64,000 bases of DNA from assembly GCA_016715075.1 (NCBI GenBank), contig JADKBK010000008.1, forward strand, positions 110,558 through 174,557, written 5' to 3'. The notes beneath the pieces are model-generated. The model saw only the letters and a list, made by a program, of their open reading frames with translations, was not told the DNA's origin and made no database searches. The DNA is from Bacteroidales bacterium. Its GTDB lineage: Bacteria > Bacteroidota > Bacteroidia > Bacteroidales > VadinHA17. Both the position numbers and the translations under genes were made by a program. Positions within the stretch are counted from its first letter, which is position 1; each line of letters opens with the position of its first letter. This document shows, one piece after another, positions 57,270 to 64,000 of the stretch.

Positions 57270-60191
57270 TTATTCGAGACCCTCTGCCCCGGGAGAGAGA
57301 TTTTGGATGATGCTTATTGTCTCTTTTCTGTAGGCATCAATCGGATCACAGGTACAGACGAGGTTTCTGTCGCCATAGCCATCATCAATCCGTCCAACTG
57401 ATGGCCAGAATTTATTTTCGATCACCCATTTGAGCGGAAAGGCTGCCTTTTGACGTTCATACTTATGATTCCACATGTCAGCTGCAATGACATGGATGGT
57501 ATGAGGAGCATTTTTCAGAACATTGTCCTCTTTATCCGATATGCCCTCCCTTATCTCCTGAATTTCAGCATATATCGACTTCATGGCGCTTATAAATTTA
57601 TCCAGTTCCCTGAGTGATTCCGATTCAGTTGGTTCAACCATGAGGGTGCCATGTACGGGAAACGATAGTGTAGGAGCGTGAAATCCGTAATCCATCAACC
57701 TCTTCGCAATATCTGCCTCTGTTATTCCAGCTTCACCTTTAAAATTCCTGCAATCGAGGATCATCTCATGTGCAACAAATCCATGCTTTCCCGTATAGAG
57801 AGTTTTAAACCATCCCTTTAAAGCAGCTGAGATATAGTTGGCGTTAAGGATCGCAATTTTTGTGGCCCTGGTTAATCCTGCGGCACCCATCATCATAACA
57901 TATGCATGTGAAATGGTCAACACGTGTCCGCTTCCGAAAGGTGCACCTGCAACCGCAGTAATGCCATGACTACCGCCAGATTTAATCATTGGATGGGAAG
58001 GAAGGTATTCGGCAAGTTTTTCATTCACCAGAATGGGGCCCATACCAGGTCCGCCACCCCCATGGGGTATTGCAAATGTTTTATGGAGGTTAAGATGGCA
58101 GACGTCAGCGCCGATATGACCCGGACTGGTAAGGCCAACCTGGGCATTCATATTTGCACCGTCCATGTAAACAAGTCCTCCGTTTGCATGGATTATCTCT
58201 GTCATTTCTGTCACCGCTTCTTCATAAACGCCATGGGTGGAAGGATAGGTTATCATGAAGCAGGCAAGGTCGGCCTTATGCTCCTCAGCCTTCTTTTTCA
58301 GGTCTTCGACGCTGATATTTCCTTTATCATCACACTCCACAACAATTACTTCCATTCCTGCCATAACTGCGCTGGCAGGGTTAGTGCCGTGTGCTGAGGA
58401 TGGGATCAGGGCTTTGTTCCTATGTTCGTCTCCCCTGTTCAAATGGTACTCACGGATAACCATCAATCCCGTGTATTCACCTGCAGCGCCTGAGTTGGGC
58501 TGAAATGATATAGATGAAAAACCTGTTATCTCCTTGAGAACCTCACCCAGCTCATTCAATATCTGATAATATCCTACAGCCTGGTCAGCCGGGACAAAAG
58601 GATGAATATTTCCGAATTCAGGCCAGCTCATGGCAAATAATGAGGAGGCAGGATTAAGTTTCATTGTGCATGAGCCCAGGGATATCATGCTGTGGGTCAG
58701 TGAAAAATCCTTCCTTTCCAGCATTTTAATATATCGCATCATTTCGGTCTCACTCCGGTAATTTTTAAATGTGCCTCCCTTAAGAAATTCTGATTTTCTC
58801 AGGAATTTATCCTCGATACATTTGCAGCTGCAATAGCCGCTTACATTGTCATGACTTTTGCCTGCAGCTTTTGCGAATATACCGACTATTGTATTAAGCT
58901 CGCCAAAAGTTGTTATTTCATCGGTACTTATGCTGACAGTATTCTCATCGGGGTAATAGAAATTCATCTCGGCCTCCAGGGCCAGTTTCCTTATTGTTTC
59001 TATGGAGGCTGAACCATTCAGGTCAATCCGGAGTGTATCAAAATAGGAGGAATTAAGCTGCCTGTATCCCAGATTACGCAAGCTGTTATTCAGTGTGCAG
59101 GTCATATTGAGGATATGCCCGGCAATTTTTTTCAAGCCATCAGAACCATGATACTGGGCATACATGCCTGACATTATTGCAAGAAGAGCCTGGGCTGTGC
59201 AAATATTTGAAGTGGCTCTCTCACGCTTTATATGCTGTTCTCTTGTCTGGAGTGCCATTCTTAGGGCACTGTTTCCCTGGACGTCGACAGATACGCCTAT
59301 TATTCTGCCAGGCATACTCCGCTTCAGTTCGTCCCTGGTTGCAAAAAATCCGGCATGAGGTCCTCCGAAGCTCATTGGAAGTCCCATCCTCTGACTGGAC
59401 CCGACAACGATGTCGGCTCCCCATTCACCGGGAGGCGTCAGAATGGCGAGGCTCATCAGGTCAGCAGCAACTCCGACAAGCATGCCTGCTGAATGCGCCA
59501 GATCTGTAAAGGATTTATAATCCCGTATCTGTCCCGAAGCAGCCGGATACTGAACCATTGCACCGAAAAATGGTCCGTCAAAATATGCCTCGGTATATTT
59601 TCCAATAACAAGCTCTATTCCCAAAGGCTTTGACCTCGTTTTAATCACATCGAGTGTCTGCGGAAACATATCACTATCGACAAAAAATAAATTTTTGCCT
59701 GCTTTAACAGCATCTCTCGATCGGGCATTGTACATCATTATCATGGCTTCCGCAGCTGCAGTTGATTCATCAAGCAGGGACGCATTAGCGATCTGCATGC
59801 CTGTGAGTTCAATTATCATTGTCTGGAAATTCAGGAGAGCCTCCAGCCGACCCTGTGAAATCTCAGCCTGGTAAGGAGTATATGATGTATACCAGGAAGG
59901 ATTCTCCAGTACATTCCGTGTAATAACTGACAAGGGAGCCACTCCGTAGTAGCCCTGACCAATAAATGACCTGAACATTTTATTCTTTCTGCCGGCAGCC
60001 CTTATATGATTCAGATATTCAAATTCACTCATTGCAGGAGGCAGCCGGAGAGGCCTTTTTATCATAATTGATGCCGGAACAATTTTTTCGATCAGCTGAT
60101 CAAGTGAATTAACTCCAACAGTATTAAGCATCTGTGGCAGATCCTCATCACCCGGACCAATATGACGGTTAGCAAAATTATCTGATATCAT
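57270..60191 (-). CDS. gcvP: Glycine dehydrogenase (aminomethyl-transferring), single-chain P protein
   Basis: Start called at MISDNFANRHIGP (the track starts 10 codons upstream at 60221). PLP lysine context HLNLHKTF. Full-length, about 970 aa. Confidence 0.95.
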   Translation of the reverse strand: MISDNFANRHIGPGDEDLPQMLNTVGVNSLDQLIEKIVPASIMIKRPLRLPPAMSEFEYLNHIRAAGRKNKMFRSFIGQGYYGVAPLSVITRNVLENPSWYTSYTPYQAEISQGRLEALLNFQTMIIELTGMQIANASLLDESTAAAEAMIMMYNARSRDAVKAGKNLFFVDSDMFPQTLDVIKTRSKPLGIELVIGKYTEAYFDGPFFGAMVQYPAASGQIRDYKSFTDLAHSAGMLVGVAADLMSLAILTPPGEWGADIVVGSSQRMGLPMSFGGPHAGFFATRDELKRSMPGRIIGVSVDVQGNSALRMALQTREQHIKRERATSNICTAQALLAIMSGMYAQYHGSDGLKKIAGHILNMTCTLNNSLRNLGYRQLNSSYFDTLRIDLNGSASIETIRKLALEAEMNFYYPDENTVSISTDEITTFGELNTIVGIFAKAAGKSHDNVSGYCSCKCIEDKFLRKSEFLKGGTFKNYRSETEMMRYIKMLERKDFSLTHSMISLGSCTMKLNPASSLFAMSWPEFGNIHPFVPADQAVGYYQILNELGEVLKEITGFSSISFQPNSGAAGEYTGLMVIREYHLNRGDEHRNKALIPSSAHGTNPASAVMAGMEVIVVECDDKGNISVEDLKKKAEEHKADLACFMITYPSTHGVYEEAVTEMTEIIHANGGLVYMDGANMNAQVGLTSPGHIGADVCHLNLHKTFAIPHGGGGPGMGPILVNEKLAEYLPSHPMIKSGGSHGITAVAGAPFGSGHVLTISHAYVMMMGAAGLTRATKIAILNANYISAALKGWFKTLYTGKHGFVAHEMILDCRNFKGEAGITEADIAKRLMDYGFHAPTLSFPVHGTLMVEPTESESLRELDKFISAMKSIYAEIQEIREGISDKEDNVLKNAPHTIHVIAADMWNHKYERQKAAFPLKWVIENKFWPSVGRIDDGYGDRNLVCTCDPIDAYRKETISIIQNLSPGAEGLE

Positions 60192-60228
60192 ACGTAACAG
60201 TTTAGTATCTATGAATAACAATGTTTTA

Positions 60229-60246
60229 TTATCCGGGTTCGGATAA
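60229..60246. promoter_or_regulatory. Palindrome TTATCCG-ggtt-CGGATAA between the gcvP promoter box and the start codon
   Basis: 7-bp perfect arms with a 4-bp spacer, about 30 nt downstream of the -7 box on the coding strand. Confidence 0.35.
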
Positions 60247-60274
60247 CCCTAAAAAATCATCATGAAACAAGATG

Positions 60275-60282
60275 CAAAATTA
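60275..60282 (-). promoter_or_regulatory. -7 box TAATTTTG (minus strand) for gcvP
   Basis: The forward sequence CAAAATTA is TAATTTTG on the coding strand. Confidence 0.45.
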
Positions 60283-60294
60283 GGAGTATTATTT

Positions 60295-60930
60295 TTATGA
60301 AAAATGGGGATTTGTCATCCTTTCCTTTTCAATTGTAGTTTGGCTGCCATGTCCTGGATACACTACAGTCGATGGTGGAAGAACAAATAGTCTGTTCTGA
60401 ATACTGCGTATAAGTGTAGCATGATTACCACCTTCCAGGTCTGTCCTACCTATACTCCCTGCAAAAAGTGCATCTCCGGTAAAAACGACGCCGCTCTTTT
60501 CACTATAAAATGCCATACTCCCTGATGAATGTCCCGGCACATGCAGTGCCTTCAGTTCGACATTTCCGAATTTAATAACCTGACCATCGGTTATGAATCC
60601 TTCAGGCTCAGGAGGCTCATTCATTGTAAGACCAAAAAGCGCAGCATGCTGAACGGACTTTTTTCTATTGTACTCATCATCAAGAGCTGACAGTGCTTTC
60701 AGGTTATACTTTTCGAGGATGAAACTGTTACCAAAAATATGATCAAGATGGCAATGTGTATTTAAAAGTAAGACAGGATTGAGTTTTTTACTCTCAATAA
60801 ACCTGACAAAAACGTCAAATTCAGAGCTGTCATAACAACCGCAATCAATAATAGCACAATCGCCTGACTGATCTGCGAGAATATATGTATTAACTTCTAT
60901 TGGGGAAAAGACAAGTCTGAATATTTCCAT
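60295..60930 (-). CDS. MBL-fold metallo-hydrolase (glyoxalase II-like)
   Basis: The HxHxDH motif appears as NTHCHLDHIFG, with a later HVPGHSSGS and GDALF. Confidence 0.88.
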   Translation of the reverse strand: MEIFRLVFSPIEVNTYILADQSGDCAIIDCGCYDSSEFDVFVRFIESKKLNPVLLLNTHCHLDHIFGNSFILEKYNLKALSALDDEYNRKKSVQHAALFGLTMNEPPEPEGFITDGQVIKFGNVELKALHVPGHSSGSMAFYSEKSGVVFTGDALFAGSIGRTDLEGGNHATLIRSIQNRLFVLPPSTVVYPGHGSQTTIEKERMTNPHFS

Positions 60931-60936
60931 AGTAAT

Positions 60937-61587
60937 TTATTTTCCGTTAACTGTTCCTTTAAGCATTGGAACAAATATAAAATTTCCATGCTGTGAATAT
61001 TCAAAGGTTTCGGGGCCTGTCCGTTCCACAACAGTCATTACCTGGTTGTCAGAACTGCCTAATGGAACTACCAGTCTGCCTCCGGTTTTCAGCTGTTTTA
61101 AAAGGGCTTCCGGTACTTCCGGGGCTGCTGCAGTAATTACTATCCCGTCGAAAGGTCCGTATTGTGGTTTGCCTTCATATCCGTCGCCGTAAAAAAAATC
61201 AGCGGAATAACCCATTGATGTAAGTGTTCTCTGGGCTTTAAGGAAAAGCTCACGGAATCGTTCTATTGTATAAACCTTTGCACCCATGGCTACAAGAACC
61301 GCAGCCTGATAGCCTGATCCCGTACCAACTTCAAGGATCTTATCCCTACGCTTTACCCTCAAAAGCGAGCTCTGTACAGCCACGGTGTAAGGCTGTGATA
61401 TCGTCTGCCCTGATGTGATTGGGAATGCTTTATCCACATAGGCATGACTAAGAAAAGCCGGGTCCATAAACATATGCCTTGGAACTGTGTCGATAGCCCT
61501 CAATACCTCTTCATCCGTTATCCCTTTCTGTCTCAGCTCTGCAACCAGCTTTTTGCGTTTGCCCTTTGCTTCAAACGTATCTGTCAT
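60937..61587 (-). CDS. pcm: Protein-L-isoaspartate O-methyltransferase
   Basis: Start called at MTDTFEAKG (the -7 box lies 33 nt upstream; the track ORF extends to 61662). QTISQPYTVA and the SAM motif ILEVGTGSGYQAAVL. Confidence 0.9.
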   Translation of the reverse strand: MTDTFEAKGKRKKLVAELRQKGITDEEVLRAIDTVPRHMFMDPAFLSHAYVDKAFPITSGQTISQPYTVAVQSSLLRVKRRDKILEVGTGSGYQAAVLVAMGAKVYTIERFRELFLKAQRTLTSMGYSADFFYGDGYEGKPQYGPFDGIVITAAAPEVPEALLKQLKTGGRLVVPLGSSDNQVMTVVERTGPETFEYSQHGNFIFVPMLKGTVNGK

Positions 61588-61618
61588 TTGATATTCCCAA
61601 GCATGAATTAAATTGCTG

Positions 61619-61626
61619 CAAAAATA
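61619..61626 (-). promoter_or_regulatory. -7 box TATTTTTG (minus strand) for pcm
   Basis: The forward sequence CAAAAATA is TATTTTTG on the coding strand. Confidence 0.4.
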
Positions 61627-61683
61627 TAAAAAATGTAAGACCGGAGAGGTGATAATAATCATCCAATTATAAACACGATATCA

Positions 61684-61714
61684 GCCTCTCCCATTCGCCC
61701 CTTCTCCCCTTCTC
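61684..61714 (-). repeat. Short GGGGAGA-type G-tract word cluster (G-rich on the minus, sense, strand)
   Basis: The minus strand reads GAGAAGGGGAGAAGGGGCGAATGGGAGAGG. Lies between DUF4294 and pcm, both on the minus strand. Confidence 0.55.
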
Positions 61715-61821
61715 ATTTTTTAATCCGTTCTTAAATGATGAGATCATTTTCATAAGCCTGACTCCCGGATCGATCCTGAGTGCAATGAAAATTCTTTTCA
61801 TATTGTTTTAAGGATTGTAGT

Positions 61822-62436
61822 TTACAATCTGCCTGCATCTATTTCGCGGATTATAGCCTCTATCAGCGCATCATCGCCATCAGGATCATACTCTTCCTTG
61901 AGATTGGTTCCGAAAATACGTGCTATGCTCTGCCAGAAGGCGGCGCTGAATTTCCCCCTGTATTCGCGTATCAGTGTATATGATGTATTTTGCGTCTCCC
62001 TGTCAATCAGTTTAAGAAGGAGCTTTCCCTGAGTAATTGTAAGATTCTCAATATCATCCCGATACCTGGCAAACACATCCTTTTCCAGATCTTTCAGGTA
62101 TCTTTTTTTATCCCTTTCGTCAGGAAAATTTTTCAGTTCCTCATTTACCCCTGCAAGAGTCGTTCTTACGATCAGTGCATATGGATAAACTTTTTTGATA
62201 TTGTAAACCAGCCTCTCATACTGCCTGTACTCATTCCTGCGGGTTCTTTGGGAGCGGGAGTGAATTGTCACCTCCTTAATTTCGATCTCAGGCATCTTAA
62301 CACCATCCCTTTCAACCTCCTGCAACAGGTAAAACCTGTCAGGCAGGGAGTCTCCTCTGACCCTTACAGAATCTCTCTGACTCATTGCCTCAGCAGCAAT
62401 CAATAACAGAAATAATATTGAACAGCTCCTTATCAA
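61822..62436 (-). CDS. DUF4294-like secreted protein
   Basis: Signal peptide. The ...EIEIKEVTI...YNIKKVYPYA... layout matches my recollection of DUF4294; not verified. Confidence 0.6.
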   Translation of the reverse strand: MIRSCSILFLLLIAAEAMSQRDSVRVRGDSLPDRFYLLQEVERDGVKMPEIEIKEVTIHSRSQRTRRNEYRQYERLVYNIKKVYPYALIVRTTLAGVNEELKNFPDERDKKRYLKDLEKDVFARYRDDIENLTITQGKLLLKLIDRETQNTSYTLIREYRGKFSAAFWQSIARIFGTNLKEEYDPDGDDALIEAIIREIDAGRL

Positions 62437-62496
62437 CCCTGGAATGTTTATGCAAATGTATCAAATTACGGACCATTTGGCATTTTGATATAATTC

Positions 62497-62516
62497 TTCA
62501 GGTTAAAAAACCTGAA
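62497..62516. other. Perfect 8-bp stem / 4-nt loop palindrome TTCAGGTT-aaaa-AACCTGAA
   Basis: Read directly. Lies in the divergent spacer between DUF4294 and DUF3267. Confidence 0.5.
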
Positions 62517-62600
62517 ATCACTTTGTATTGGATACAATCTGAGAGAGATTGGATATATCAGCCTTAGTGCCCACTTGTTCAGATTTTATGCCGACCGCTC

Positions 62601-63266
62601 TTGGCGGAAGTATTTCAAAAAAGTACATTTGTCAAAAGCATTCTTATGGCTCTAAGTGTTGAGGATCTCGACGACCACTCGAAATACAGACTGATACTTG
62701 AAATCTCCTATGATGACCTGATCCCCTTCATACTTGATTATCTGAAAAGAATTTCTGCAGTAACAGTATTCTTCTTGTCGGCATGTCTGTTTTTCCTCGG
62801 GACCGCAGTAAAGATAAGAATCAATATTGCAGGGTATTTTCCATTGACTGACATTTTCGCCCATTCATGTTTTGCCATGATAGTACTTCCGGTTCTATGC
62901 ATCCCGCTGCACGAGCTATTGCATATTCTTCCGTATTACCTTTCCGGTGCAAGGAAGATAAGGGTTGGAATGGATCTGAAACAATACCTTTTTTATGTGA
63001 CAGCACACAGGCACGTTGCAAAACCCCTCCAGTTCAGGATTGTTGCAATTATGCCTTTCCTTCTCATAAGTACTGCAACAATCTTTCTTATCCTCATGAT
63101 GCCCGGACTATGGAAATGGAGTCTTTCACTCTTTCTCTTTATTCATACAACTATGTGTGCAGGAGATTTTGCGCTTCTCAACTTTTACTTCCTGAAAAAT
63201 GGGAGAAAAATTTTCACCTGGGATGATGCTGATAAAAAAATAGCATATTTTTATGAAGAGATATAG
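62601..63266 (+). CDS. DUF3267-like membrane protein with an HExxH motif (putative zincin)
   Basis: TTG start per the track. Several TM helices, with HELLH in the context IPLHELLHILPYY. Confidence 0.65.
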   Translation: MAEVFQKSTFVKSILMALSVEDLDDHSKYRLILEISYDDLIPFILDYLKRISAVTVFFLSACLFFLGTAVKIRINIAGYFPLTDIFAHSCFAMIVLPVLCIPLHELLHILPYYLSGARKIRVGMDLKQYLFYVTAHRHVAKPLQFRIVAIMPFLLISTATIFLILMMPGLWKWSLSLFLFIHTTMCAGDFALLNFYFLKNGRKIFTWDDADKKIAYFYEEI

Positions 63267-63276
63267 GAAGAAAGGA

Positions 63277-63348
63277 TGGGGAGATGGGGAGATGGGGAGA
63301 TGGGGAGATGGGGAGATGGGGAGATGGGGAGATGGGGAGATGGGGAGA
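63277..63348 (+). repeat. Perfect tandem repeat TGGGGAGA x9 (72 bp); nine G4 tracts with 4-nt spacers
   Basis: Units start at 63277, 63285, ... 63341 with no mismatch. Confidence 0.95.
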
Positions 63349-63398
63349 AAGGGGAGAAAGGGAGAAAGGGAGAAAGGGAGGGAGAATTAGGGAAGGGA
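63349..63398 (+). repeat. Degenerate continuation (AAAGGGGAG / AAAGGGAG units); C-free purine-rich tract
   Basis: AAGGGGAGAAAGGGAGAAAGGGAGAAAGGGAGGGAGAATTAGGGAAGGGA. The whole span 63267-63398 contains no C on the + strand. Confidence 0.85.
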
Positions 63399-63454
63399 CT
63401 CAGTACCAGTCAAAAATGCCAATATTGATCTGTTAAACTCCGAGTTTAAAAATC

Positions 63455-64000
63455 ATGATAAATTCACAATCGATGAAAAGAATTACTTTAACCTGCTTAT
63501 TTGTTTTTCTGGTTCTCTGCTCTGTTTTCGGGCAGAGAAAGATAATCAACCTTCCGGATCTTCCAGGATACCTTACTATGAAATGTGATTTTCACATGCA
63601 TACTGTTTTTTCGGATGGAGATGTTTGGCCCACTGTAAGAATAGATGAAGCTCTGCGTGATGGTCTGGATGCCATTGCCATCACCGATCATCTTGAATAC
63701 AATCCCAAAAAAGATTTTATACCTGTCGACCACAATGCTGCCTGGAAGATAGGTGAAGGGTATGCCCTAATGAACAATCTTATCCTGGTTCATGGCACTG
63801 AAATAACGAGAGATATGCCCCCGGGCATCTGAATGCTCTCTTCATCACTGATGGTTCACTCATTGCAAAAGATTCTGTTGGGATGCAGTGGAAGCGGCTA
63901 AACAGGGAGCATTTATTCAGTGGAATCATCCGGGCTGGAAGGTCCAGCAGGCTGACGGGATACCGGTGATGTACGAATTTCACAGGAAGCTATTGGCTAA
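63455..64000 (+). CDS. Secreted PHP-domain (CehA/McbA-like) metallohydrolase, partial at the window end and with at least two frameshifts
   Basis: Signal peptide, then KCDFHMHTVFSDGD...AIAITDHLEY. The frame breaks at C5 (63818-63822): ...MPPG then HLNALFITDG in the next frame. It breaks again at G3 (63880-63882): DAVEAAKQGAFIQWNHPGW... continues to the window end. Confidence 0.8.

Noticed and set aside
60192-60294. Glycine riboswitch upstream of gcvP
   Set aside because: Only about 70-100 nt are available and I could not find the conserved glycine-aptamer core sequences. A promoter box and a simple palindrome account for the region.
63277-63398. Possible CRISPR array, because of the regular short repeats
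   Set aside because: The units are 8 nt and directly abutting, with no unique spacers, no cas genes are in the window, and repeat length is far below CRISPR range. It is a microsatellite-type tandem repeat.
8978-63882. Frameshifts as programmed ribosomal frameshifting or phase-variable contingency loci
   Set aside because: They hit unrelated essential housekeeping genes (murF-alr, nadE, lptF/G, rluD). They show no shared slippery-heptamer or pseudoknot architecture. Each is repaired by a single-base change in a short run or doublet. Sequencing or assembly error is far more parsimonious.

Overview
This is a 64-kb chromosomal segment from a Bacteroidota genome. Supporting evidence: a T9SS C-terminal sorting domain, a GldB-like lipoprotein, DUF1573, DUF5686 and DUF4294 proteins, a MurF-Alr fusion, and TAnnTTTG -7 promoter boxes. 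About 55 protein genes are tightly packed on both strands, and almost all are housekeeping. They include uvrA (partial), an SLT lytic transglycosylase, an ECF sigma with an anti-sigma-like partner, lpdA, znuABC, two tandem M14-like peptidases, and a histidine kinase with an OmpR-type regulator. Also present are meaB, an M20 amidohydrolase, a 55-aa ferredoxin (below the ORF-track cutoff), gldB-like, nadE, a Crp/Fnr regulator, murF-alr, tdk, rsmI, dnaB, ispE, an acyl-CoA carboxyltransferase with a biotin carrier, lptF/G-like and tgt. The remainder are a GT2, a sigma-70-family factor, rsmG, rpmH (52 aa, below the cutoff), a CofH/Mqn-type radical SAM enzyme, a PASTA protein, a T9SS cargo protein, rluD, LemA-TPM-TPM, ddl, gcvP, pcm and others. 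I found no rRNA, tRNA, CRISPR array, transposase, integrase or recognisable defence or toxin module. I cannot support a claim of a novel multi-gene system here. Three things stand out. (1) At least ten frameshifts split conserved essential genes, and most (at least seven) sit in short homopolymer runs or doublets; the znuA site is uncertain. This points to assembly indel errors rather than biology. (2) Several intergenic spacers carry unusual short-word repeats: a perfect TGGGGAGA x9 G-tract array, a 155-bp CTTCCG-type cryptic repeat, CACAGAG and CGCAAAG word clusters, C-run/G-run hairpins, and a 268-bp inverted-repeat-bounded element in a convergent spacer. (3) A few protein-level and regulatory oddities appear: an ExxH-for-HxxE swap in one of two paralogous M14 proteins, an anti-sigma-like N-terminus fused to an outer-membrane beta-barrel, and an 11-bp-phased GTTAAC triple repeat upstream of the two-component operon. 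All functional calls come from reading the translated sequence and recognising motifs; no database search was run.
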